A DNA stretch of 64,000 nucleotides. Source: Candidatus Latescibacterota bacterium (GTDB lineage Bacteria > Latescibacterota > UBA2968 > UBA8231). This document shows, piece by piece, positions 39,372 to 47,875 of the stretch. The stretch is taken from NCBI GenBank assembly GCA_965243025.1, contig CBDETY010000003.1:1760001-1824000 (forward strand). Direction: 5' to 3'. Made by a program: the position numbers and the translations under genes. How positions within the stretch are numbered: position 1 is the first letter of the stretch; every line of letters starts with the position of its first letter. Below the pieces are notes generated by a model, which saw only the letters and a list, made by a program, of their open reading frames with translations, was not told the DNA's origin and did not search any database.

Positions 39372-42110
39372 CTACAGATCAAGACTCAGACGTCCATAGT
39401 AGAACCCGCCATTGGTGCCGAACTGGGTGACCCGCCGGCTGTACAGAAAGCCCCGGGAACCGATGTTGGCCTCTTTCCGGTGCTCCTCCGGGAAGGTGTT
39501 CAACAGGTTGTTGGCCCCGGCGGACAAGCGCACCCCCGGGAAAACCTCGCAGGCAACATCCAGATCGATGAGGGTCTTGCCCCCGAAGGTCTCGTCGTGA
39601 TCCTCTTTTATCGGTTTGTATTCAACTGAGCCGTAGTAGGTTGCGGCCGCCAGGATGCCGACACGGTTGAGGTGGTAGCGAGCGGACAGGTTGAACTTGC
39701 TCCCCGGCAAGGCGTCCTCGAAGCGGTTCCGCTCCTCGCGGTTGAACAGGGTGCTCCTGATGATTTCGCGTTCGGAGTCGTTCGGAGTCCGGCCATTCGC
39801 CTGCCGGAAGGCGGCGATGAGTTCCTCGGGGATGTTGACCGCCTCGACAGAGGTGCCGGAGAGGCTGGCGGCGGCGGAAAGGGTCAGCGCCCCGGTCCCC
39901 ACGCCGGCGCCGTACGAGGCCACCAGGTCTGCCCCGCGGCTGGAGGTATTCACCGCGTTGGCGAAAAACTGGGCCTGGGTCACCCCGGCTCCCCGGAACG
40001 GCTCGAGAATTGCGCCGAACGCATCGTTGCTTGCCGAGAAGCGGCTGGTCAGCACGATTCGGTCGTCAATGGAGATGCGGTAGAAATCGGCGCTGATCGA
40101 GAGATTCCTCCGGGGACGGGCGGTGATTCCCCCGCTGAGGTTGACCGACGTCTCCGCAGCCAAACGCCCGATGCCGAATTCCCTGGCGACGGCGCTCCGG
40201 TTGTTGGCGGTGAGCACCTCCCTCGGGACCAGTTCGCCGGTCTCCTCGTCCGCCACGAACTGCGTGCTTACACTGTTGAACCAGACCTGGTGCAGCGACG
40301 GGGCGCGGAAGCCGTTGCTTGCGGTGGCGCGCACTGCCAGCCTGTTGTGCAATCCCAGCCGCATTGCCAGCTTGCCGTTGGCCGTGCTGCCGAAGTCGCT
40401 GAACTGCTCGAAACGACCCCCGACGTCCACTGTCAGCCTTTCGGAAACCTGGTTCTCCAGGCCTGCATAAGCGCTGATGCTGTTGCGGAAGCGGTCGACC
40501 TCGTTGGCGGGCCGGAATCCGCCGAAGACCTGGGATCCTGCCGCCTTCAGACTGCCGCTGGCGGTGGTATCGTAGTCGACGCCGGCAGTCAGTCTGGAGA
40601 TATCGCCCGGGTCTCCATTACCCAGGGAATAGGACTCGAACTGGCCGGCCTCGATCCGGTAGTTCTCGACGCGGAATTCACTCCCCAGGACCAGGGTCGC
40701 CCTTTCGACCGCTTCGAGCCCCAGGGGGCGCACCAGGTCGAGATTGCCCGAGGTCTGACTGAAACCGAGTCGCCCGGCATCGAAGGAAACCGGGCTGGCG
40801 GCCCCCATGGAGGCGTTGTTGGTGTTCTCGATGTTCCACTGGAAGCTGTTGCCCCCCCGGGTCAGACTGAAATCGACGTCCCAGGCACCCCTGGCCCCGC
40901 GCACTCCGGCGCTGAAGGAGCGGTCCTCGATATCCGGGTTGATCTGGGGCAGGAAGCCGTCGGGGTAGAGTTCGAACACCACCCTTTCCGGCTGGCTGCC
41001 CGGAAGGCGGTAAAACCCCGTGGCCCTGCCCCTGCGGTACGACAGTCCCCCGGAGCTGTAGAGCTGGGCTCCACCCCCCAGCGGATACACGGCGTTGTAG
41101 AAGCTCGCGCCAACCGTCGCCTTGCTCTGGCCGATCTTCATGTTGAAGGCGTCTCCCGGCAGGCCGTTCTCATTGAGCCACGTGGTGTCGGTCCCGGTGT
41201 AATGGCCCCCGCGGGCGGTGCGGCCGCGATCGAAAAACTCCCCGGTCACGGTGATGAATCCCCCGTTCTCCAGGGCAAAACCGTAGTTCACGTCGGTCTT
41301 GACCTGGTCGCCGTCCCCTTCCCCGGTGGTTCCCATCAAGCTGTTGAGTTGGAGGCTCTCCGTGTTCTCCTTGAGAACGATGTTGATTACCCCTGCTATG
41401 GCGTCGGAGCCGTACTGGGCCGCGGCCCCGTCGCGCAGAATCTCGATGCGCTCGACCGCAGCCTTGGGAATGGCATTGAGGTCAACCCCCACGGTGCCCC
41501 GTCCGAAGGTGCCGTTGACGTGCACCAGGGCGCTGGAGTGACGCCGCTTGCCGTTGACGAGCACCAGCACCTGGTCGGGACCGAGGCCGCGAAGGCTGGC
41601 CGGGTCGATGTGATCGCTGCCGTCGGCAATGCTCTGGTGGGAGGCGTTGAAGGAGGGGGCGAGCTGGCGCAGGGTCCGGTTGATCTCGGTTTCGCCGGAT
41701 TGGCGTATCTCGCTCTCCGACAGGACATCCACCGGGGCGGGCGTTTCCAGGGCAGTGCGAACCGTCCGCGATCCGACCACCACCACTTCGTCCCCAGCCA
41801 AGGCCTGTCCGACGAGTTCGAATTCGACATCCACCGTGTCCCCGGCGGCGACCTCGACAGCCTGCCTGGCGGACTGGTAACCGATGAAGGTCACCTGCAG
41901 GGTATGGGAACCTGGAGATACTAGCAGCTGGAAACGCCCTTCCCGGTCCGAAACCGTCCCCCGGGCGGTGCCCACGACATGCAGACTGGCCCCTGGAAGA
42001 GGACCGGCGAATTCGCTGTCGGAAATCTGTCCCCTGATCGTTCCAGGCCGCGCCAGCAGCGGAGCGGCCCCCAGGAACGCAACAGCGGCAAGGTGAAACA
42101 TGGTGCGCAT
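39372..42110 (-). CDS. TonB-dependent receptor
   Basis: N-terminal carboxypeptidase-regulatory-like domain, EVVVVGSR, plug LRGLGPDQVLVLVNGKR, YGSDAIAGVINI, FRAPSL. Confidence 0.93.
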   Translation of the reverse strand: MRTMFHLAAVAFLGAAPLLARPGTIRGQISDSEFAGPLPGASLHVVGTARGTVSDREGRFQLLVSPGSHTLQVTFIGYQSARQAVEVAAGDTVDVEFELVGQALAGDEVVVVGSRTVRTALETPAPVDVLSESEIRQSGETEINRTLRQLAPSFNASHQSIADGSDHIDPASLRGLGPDQVLVLVNGKRRHSSALVHVNGTFGRGTVGVDLNAIPKAAVERIEILRDGAAAQYGSDAIAGVINIVLKENTESLQLNSLMGTTGEGDGDQVKTDVNYGFALENGGFITVTGEFFDRGRTARGGHYTGTDTTWLNENGLPGDAFNMKIGQSKATVGASFYNAVYPLGGGAQLYSSGGLSYRRGRATGFYRLPGSQPERVVFELYPDGFLPQINPDIEDRSFSAGVRGARGAWDVDFSLTRGGNSFQWNIENTNNASMGAASPVSFDAGRLGFSQTSGNLDLVRPLGLEAVERATLVLGSEFRVENYRIEAGQFESYSLGNGDPGDISRLTAGVDYDTTASGSLKAAGSQVFGGFRPANEVDRFRNSISAYAGLENQVSERLTVDVGGRFEQFSDFGSTANGKLAMRLGLHNRLAVRATASNGFRAPSLHQVWFNSVSTQFVADEETGELVPREVLTANNRSAVAREFGIGRLAAETSVNLSGGITARPRRNLSISADFYRISIDDRIVLTSRFSASNDAFGAILEPFRGAGVTQAQFFANAVNTSSRGADLVASYGAGVGTGALTLSAAASLSGTSVEAVNIPEELIAAFRQANGRTPNDSEREIIRSTLFNREERNRFEDALPGSKFNLSARYHLNRVGILAAATYYGSVEYKPIKEDHDETFGGKTLIDLDVACEVFPGVRLSAGANNLLNTFPEEHRKEANIGSRGFLYSRRVTQFGTNGGFYYGRLSLDL

Positions 42111-42255
42111 CGTTTTTTCTCTGTCTCCAGGATGGTTCCCCCAGATTCCCGGGGGGGACCGGAGCATGTCAATCCATGAACTCACGTGGTTTCGAGATAC
42201 TTACCCAGCTGTCAAACATACCAATCCAGTTTCGCCTTTTCCTGCGCCCGCCTCC

Positions 42256-43434
42256 TCACCTGGATGCAAGGCTCGTCATCAGCTCCCCAAGCCGCTCGAG
42301 TTCGCTTCCGGGCATCTCGGGATCGAACGGCAGGTAGAGGGCGTCGGCCAGCCGCTCTGCTCCAGGCGCAATGGAGCGGCCGTCCGATACCACGCCAAGC
42401 CGCTCGGACATGGCGTCGAAACCCTGTCGGCGCAGTTGGCTCTTCACCGCTTCCCGGTCGCGAACCAGAACCGGGACCATCCAGTAGGAATGGGTGCGCG
42501 CCTGGCGCGTCGGAAGCGCGACCTCGCGGCCCAGAGTGCGGAACAAGGCCCCCCCCGGTTCAGCGCGCCGGGTCACTGGCCCCTCCCCTTCCCCAAGCCT
42601 TCGTTCCAGCATGCCGAGAAGAGCCGCGCATGGACGTCGGCGGATGTAGCCCATCAGCGGCTCGCGAGGGACATTGCGCGTGAGAGCTCGTATCCAGCCT
42701 TCGCGGTCGAGTCCCAAGAGGTTTGTCGAGGAGACCAGAGCGGCGAAAATCGACGGATTCGATGCGCCTTTCAGGACGCCGTAAAGAAGCACACGGCGCA
42801 AGTACTCACTTGTCGCCTGGACCGGGTCCCGCTCCAGAAGAGCCCTCATCTCGGCGCGCAGTTGCGGCTGGCGGACCCGGGCGATGGCCCCGCCGAAGGC
42901 GGTGGCGATCTTCATGGGCCCGAAGGAAAAGAGGGTAAGGTCGGCTTTCGGGTGTCCGGACCAGCAGGGTCCCGCGTAGGCCTGGGCACAATCCTCCACC
43001 ACCGCGGCGCCATGCCGGCGGGCAACGGCTACCGCCGGATTCACGTCGACGCGGGCCCCGAAGAGGTGGGCGAGAACGATTGCCCGGGTGCGCGGCCCGA
43101 TAAGCTGCTGGAGTGCGCGCGCGTCCCACGCCGTCGTCAACGGGTCGATGTCGAGAGGTACCGGCCGCAGGCCATGCTGCCGTGCAATGTGCGGCATGTC
43201 CGGAACGGTCAGGGCACTGAAGATGATCTCGTCACCAGGGTCCCATTTCTTCGCCCTCAGGTAAAGGTCGAAGGCCGAACGCACCGTGAGACAGGCGATT
43301 GTGTTACGGTCGGCAGACCAGAGGTTCTCGATTCGTGCGGTGACGCTGTCACGCCGCGGCGCAGACAGGCAGGCCTTGAGGGCGAAACGCCAGTCCCCCC
43401 AGGTAAAGTCAAACCGCTTGCAAGGCCAGACCAT
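42256..43434 (-). CDS. DegT/DnrJ/EryC1/StrS family PLP-dependent aminotransferase
   Basis: TRAIVLAHLFG, VEDCAQA, FSFGPMK. Confidence 0.82.
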   Translation of the reverse strand: MVWPCKRFDFTWGDWRFALKACLSAPRRDSVTARIENLWSADRNTIACLTVRSAFDLYLRAKKWDPGDEIIFSALTVPDMPHIARQHGLRPVPLDIDPLTTAWDARALQQLIGPRTRAIVLAHLFGARVDVNPAVAVARRHGAAVVEDCAQAYAGPCWSGHPKADLTLFSFGPMKIATAFGGAIARVRQPQLRAEMRALLERDPVQATSEYLRRVLLYGVLKGASNPSIFAALVSSTNLLGLDREGWIRALTRNVPREPLMGYIRRRPCAALLGMLERRLGEGEGPVTRRAEPGGALFRTLGREVALPTRQARTHSYWMVPVLVRDREAVKSQLRRQGFDAMSERLGVVSDGRSIAPGAERLADALYLPFDPEMPGSELERLGELMTSLASR

Positions 43435-43597
43435 GCGTGTCGGTCAGGTGCTTCAGGTAGTCGGAAACAGAGGGGGACCCGTGGTTGCGATCTGATCGTC
43501 GAAGCGGAAGGGATGAGGAGCTGACCGCCATTCTTTACTTACCTGGAGGGAGTCCGGGGTCGTCGGCATGCACCCCAACTCAATACGTCGGGTACGG

Positions 43598-43632
43598 AAA
43601 GACCCCGAGGGAAAACACCCCTCGGGGTCTTT
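43598..43632 (-). terminator. Terminator-like hairpin downstream of tRNA-Asn
   Basis: Perfect 14-bp stem aaagaccccgaggg/ccctcggggtcttt with a 7-nt loop. Confidence 0.75.
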
Positions 43633-43661
43633 AAAAAAATGTCGCCTGAATCGGCGGAAGA

Positions 43662-43737
43662 TGGCTCCGGCGGTAGGATTCGAACCTACGACCAATCGGT
43701 TAACAGCCGACCGCTCTGCCAGCTGAGCTACGCCGGA
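43662..43737 (-). tRNA. tRNA-Asn (GTT)
   Basis: 76 nt: TCCGGCG acceptor stem, TAGCTCAGCTGGCAGAGC D-arm, CTGTTAA anticodon loop, GGTTCGAATCC T-arm, encoded CCA. Confidence 0.98.
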
Positions 43738-43760
43738 ATTTTCCTCAGGTTGAAAAGCTG

Positions 43761-43789
43761 AAAGTAGCCCCCGCCCGGGAGGCTGTCAA
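43761..43789 (-). promoter_or_regulatory. sigma70-type promoter of tRNA-Asn
   Basis: TTGACA-17bp-TACTTT. Confidence 0.7.
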
Positions 43790-43816
43790 TTCAGAAGGAC
43801 TGCTTTCCAGCCTCTT

Positions 43817-44668
43817 TCAGTCTTCGCCGTAGTACTCCTTCAACACCTCGCTTCGGTTGGGATGCCGCAGCTTCTGCAAAGCCTTCTCCTTTATCTGGCG
43901 AACCCGTTCCCGTGTACGTCCGACATGCCTTCCGATCTCTTCGAGGGTCATGGGTTGCTGTCCATCCAGACCGTAATACATCCGCAGCACGCGCGCCTCC
44001 CCTTCGGTCAGGGTCTCCATGGCGCTGCGGATCTCGTCCCTCAGCTTTACCTCCGACAGGACTTCGTCGCAGGCCGGAAGGGTCTCGTCCGGCAGCAGAT
44101 CGCCAAGGCAGCGATCGGCTTCGCCATCATCGCAGGGAGTCTCCAGAGACACCGGGCGTTGTGCCATCCGCAGCAGCAGATCCATACCGTCGGGATTGAC
44201 ATCGAGTTCGGCTGCAATCTCGTCGCTTTCCGGGGGACGCCCGAGCCGCTGCTCCAGCTTGGTGAGGACTTTGTTGACCCGGGTCAACTCCCCGATCCGG
44301 TTGAGCGGCAGCCGCACGATGCGCGACTGTTCGGCCAGCGCTTGCAGGATTGACTGCCTGATCCACCAGACGGCGTACGAAATGAACTTGAACCCCTTCG
44401 ATCCGTCGAAGCGCCTGGCGGCCACCATCAGCCCCAGGTTGCCTTCGTTTATCAGGTCCGAAAGCGGCAGTCCCAGATTCTGGTACTGCTTGGCGACACT
44501 GACGACGAAGCGAAGGTTAGCCTGCACCAGACGGGCGAGTGCGCTTTCGTCTCCCTCCTTGATCCGTTTGGCAATTTCGATTTCGTCCTTCGCCGATAAT
44601 CCGACCGAATCCTCGATCTCGTGGAAATACTGATCGACCAGGGTATCGGTCTGAAGCGTGGAAGTCAT
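43817..44668 (-). CDS. RpoD/RpoS-family sigma70 factor lacking region 1.1 (second paralogue)
   Basis: ANLRFVVSVAKQY, DLINEGNLGL, FKFISYAVWWIRQ, TRERVRQIKEKAL. Confidence 0.94.
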   Translation of the reverse strand: MTSTLQTDTLVDQYFHEIEDSVGLSAKDEIEIAKRIKEGDESALARLVQANLRFVVSVAKQYQNLGLPLSDLINEGNLGLMVAARRFDGSKGFKFISYAVWWIRQSILQALAEQSRIVRLPLNRIGELTRVNKVLTKLEQRLGRPPESDEIAAELDVNPDGMDLLLRMAQRPVSLETPCDDGEADRCLGDLLPDETLPACDEVLSEVKLRDEIRSAMETLTEGEARVLRMYYGLDGQQPMTLEEIGRHVGRTRERVRQIKEKALQKLRHPNRSEVLKEYYGED

Positions 44669-45127
44669 GGAACACACCCCTCTTTCGCAAGTGGCGAAAA
44701 TGGCGCACAATCCGCCTTGCCGCCTCGCAGGCAAGCAGATCAAGAAGACGAACTCTTCGCACTTGGCACCGCCGCTGAAATAACGGCGGCCGCTGTGCTG
44801 TCCGATCTACTCGGGGAGGAGATCGAACGCAGGGGAACTGACGGTCTGTCTCAGTGACGGTTCGTCAGTGTGGGGAAGGCGAAACAACTCCGCGCGGGGA
44901 AGCGCGAAAGGGAGCCGAGACAAACAGATACTATCTATGGGGAGTATTGAAAACTACGACATGGGTCTGAAACTGATCAACCCGAAGGAGCAATGTTTCT
45001 GGTATAGGATAGACCGGGGAGCGATTGCAACCATTGCGATGCGAGCCCTGGTCGTCGAAGGGAGATCGCGACCGAAGAAGCTCTGACGACAAAGGGAGAT
45101 CGCATCTGGGGTGTCGAATTCCGCCAA

Positions 45128-45155
45128 AATATAGCATAAGCGTCAGAAATTACAA
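45128..45155 (-). promoter_or_regulatory. Candidate promoter (extended -10) for the sigma factor gene
   Basis: TTGTAA-16bp-TATATT with TG upstream of the -10, in an AT-rich patch. Confidence 0.5.
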
Positions 45156-45564
45156 CACTTTTTTATCAGGTTCGGTTCCCGTGGATTGCCCTGACCTGGT
45201 CCGGCTCCCCCGCTGCTGGAAACGATCTCGGGGATCGAAAGTCCTCCCCTGTCAGGAAACTTCACATGCGGTGAACCGCAAAAACAAAGGAGCAAGGCAA
45301 CGGAACTGGACAATCGAATCCGGCCCCGGTTGCCCGGCAGTAACTGAATCCCCAGTCCCGATTCCGTTGAGGCAGGACCACCCCTCGACGGCCAAATCCT
45401 TTTCCCTGTCTGAAACGGGCCGGCAGGGTGTCCCGTTTTATCAGCCTGCCTCAACAATGTCGAGGACAAAGCGGATCGGCTTTCATTTCTGGTCGATGGA
45501 CAAACCTCCCAGTATATTCTGCCACCTCGGCGAGCACAGCGAAATCCAACTGCAATGAACTTCC

Positions 45565-46338
45565 TTGAGCAGCTCCGATAACTGTCCATTCCGCCTCGAC
45601 GGAAAACGCGCCGTAATTACGGGGGGGGGTCGTGGTATCGGCCGCGCCGCCGCCATCGCCCTGGCCCGCTGTGGGGCCGAGGTAACCGTGATAAGCCGCA
45701 CACGCGAGCAATTGGAAGCGACTGTCTCCGCCATCCATGAGATCGGAGGGACAGGGACCGCCCTCGTCGGCGACATCGGCGATCCGGAAAGTATCGAGGC
45801 CCTGGTCGAAAAACTGGGGAGGTATGGTACACCTGACATCCTGGTTAACAACGCAGGGGTCAGTCCAGTCGTCAAACCGACACAGGAAATCGAGCGCGAG
45901 GAGTTTGCGCAGATCCTGGGGATCAACCTGAACGGCACATTTTATCTGCTGCGCATGCTTGCGCCGGGGATGCTCGGGCGTGGGAGCGGCTCGATCATCA
46001 ACGTGACGTCGATTGCTTCCCAGCGCGCCCTGCCTTTGCTGGCAGCCTACAACGCCAGCAAAGCTGCCCTCGACGAACTGACGCGAACCATGGCAGTCGA
46101 GTGGGCGCCATCGGGAGTGCGCGTCAACTCCGTCGCCCCGGCATACATCGAAACAGAGATGACGGCCGCCGTCAGGGAGCGGGAGAAACTCAAGCGGGCA
46201 ATTGTCCGGCGCACCCCGGTCGGCCGCCTCGGCAAGCCTGAGGAGGTAGCTTGGGCGATTGTCTTTCTCGCCTCGGACGAAGCCAGCTACATCACCGGCC
46301 ATACATTGTTCGTCGACGGAGGCTGGACCTGCCTTTGA
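45565..46338 (+). CDS. SDR family oxidoreductase
   Basis: TGGGRGIG, NNAG, YNASK, VDGG. Confidence 0.9.
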   Translation: MSSSDNCPFRLDGKRAVITGGGRGIGRAAAIALARCGAEVTVISRTREQLEATVSAIHEIGGTGTALVGDIGDPESIEALVEKLGRYGTPDILVNNAGVSPVVKPTQEIEREEFAQILGINLNGTFYLLRMLAPGMLGRGSGSIINVTSIASQRALPLLAAYNASKAALDELTRTMAVEWAPSGVRVNSVAPAYIETEMTAAVREREKLKRAIVRRTPVGRLGKPEEVAWAIVFLASDEASYITGHTLFVDGGWTCL

Positions 46339-46364
46339 CTTGCCACCTCTTGGGGCCTGGGCGG

Positions 46365-47810
46365 CTACTCCTTCGACTCGGCGATCACCTGCAAAGCCAG
46401 CTGCTTGCAGCGGTCGATGTCGTAGTCGCGCAGGATCGTGATCTTCTGGGCTTCCAGCGATCCTTCGGCATGGATCGACAGCAGTTCGTTGTAGCCGCCG
46501 AAATCCGAAGCGGTCAGATCCCGCACGAGATTGAAGGCCCTCAGCCGGTCATCGGTCGCAACCCCCCCGGCGCCGCCTAGAAACCGCTCGATGTACTCAC
46601 TGGTGTCGGGATTCTCCAGGTCTTTCTCCGAGGGTCCGGTTACCACCAAGCCTCCGGCGATGTCCTGCACCCAGCAGACCGCCTGGTGGTAATTACTGGC
46701 GAAGTAGTACTTCGCCAGATTGGTCAAAATCACGTTCGGCACCGCAAGGCCGTCACCGGTGAGGCGGCAATCGAAGGCCGCGGCACGGCCGAGCCCGCGC
46801 ACGGTTTCCGTCCAGGCGATCAGCTTCGTCAGCTTTTCACGCACATGGCTGGGTTTTTCGATGCCGTTGTACTCCGCCAGAAGAGCCGCGGCCCCTATGA
46901 ACATGTCACACAGGGGTGGCTTGTACGACACCGCGGTGAAGCGGTGGAACTCGACGAAGGTATTTGCCAGAAACCCGGCCGCCTGCCACTCCCCCTTGAG
47001 AAACACGTTCTCGTTGGGAATGAAGACATCGTCGAAGACGGTCAGGGTGTCGACGAGCCGGTGGCGTGAGCTGACAGGGTGGTGAAATCGGCTCGGCTCG
47101 GGTGAGCCGAACGGACTGGCGATCAGCTTTACTCCCTCGGCGCCCACCGGGACCGCGAAGGCGACGGCGTACTCCGAGTCCGCTTCGCCGATGGCCCGCG
47201 TCGGAATGACGACGAGGTAATCGACAAAGGGTGAATTGGTGGTGTGAGCCTTTGCTCCGCGCACTACGATTCCGTCGCTGCGCTCCTCGACAATGTGCAC
47301 GTAGTAATCGGGGTGTTCCTGTTGGGAAGGCAACAGGCTGCGGTCCCCCTTGGCATCGGTCTGGGCAACCGCCAGGGCGAGATCCTCGCGCCGGCATTTA
47401 CGGTGAAATGCGGCGACCCGCTCACCGTAGTTCGTTCCCGCCTTTGCATCGACCACCCTGGAAACGAGATCGAGAGCGAAAAGAGCGTCGGTGCCGATCT
47501 CCTTTATCAGCAGCACCACGCTGCCACCCAGCCGGGTCGAACGCTCGATCATCTCCCTGCGGTTCAGCAGGTCCTCGGTACCTGCCGGCTTTTTGAAGTA
47601 ACGGCTGCTCAACTCCCCGTCCTCATCTTCGTACGCAAAGAGACCGCGATGATCGGGATCTTCGGCGAGCCGGTAGTCGAGAGCCACGTGCTCGCAGCAG
47701 ATACCGAGGTCGGGATGGCTGGTCACGTCATCGACCCGCTCCCCTTTCGAGTAGACGGCCCTTCCGTCCCGCAGTCCGGCCTTGAACTCCTCCTCCTTCC
47801 GAAGTCCCAT
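46365..47810 (-). CDS. 4-hydroxyphenylacetate 3-hydroxylase / 4-hydroxybutyryl-CoA dehydratase family flavoprotein
   Basis: GERVDDVTSHP, QTDAKGDRS, GIVVRGAKAH, VFDDVFIP, DIAGG. Confidence 0.88.
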   Translation of the reverse strand: MGLRKEEEFKAGLRDGRAVYSKGERVDDVTSHPDLGICCEHVALDYRLAEDPDHRGLFAYEDEDGELSSRYFKKPAGTEDLLNRREMIERSTRLGGSVVLLIKEIGTDALFALDLVSRVVDAKAGTNYGERVAAFHRKCRREDLALAVAQTDAKGDRSLLPSQQEHPDYYVHIVEERSDGIVVRGAKAHTTNSPFVDYLVVIPTRAIGEADSEYAVAFAVPVGAEGVKLIASPFGSPEPSRFHHPVSSRHRLVDTLTVFDDVFIPNENVFLKGEWQAAGFLANTFVEFHRFTAVSYKPPLCDMFIGAAALLAEYNGIEKPSHVREKLTKLIAWTETVRGLGRAAAFDCRLTGDGLAVPNVILTNLAKYYFASNYHQAVCWVQDIAGGLVVTGPSEKDLENPDTSEYIERFLGGAGGVATDDRLRAFNLVRDLTASDFGGYNELLSIHAEGSLEAQKITILRDYDIDRCKQLALQVIAESKE

Positions 47811-47875
47811 CGATCAGAATCCTCCTGACCCGTTTCGCATTTCGATTGCCACCCTCCTTCGCCCCTTTGGGTAAA

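Noticed and set aside
39672-41924. Long antisense ORFs (750 aa here; also 60774-62216, 22456-23586, 15124-16326 and others)
   Set aside because: Shadow ORFs opposite well-supported genes, expected at high GC, with no recognisable motifs.
43435-43737. Genomic island integrated at tRNA-Asn
   Set aside because: No integrase and no duplicated tRNA 3' end were seen; a normal terminator hairpin follows the tRNA.
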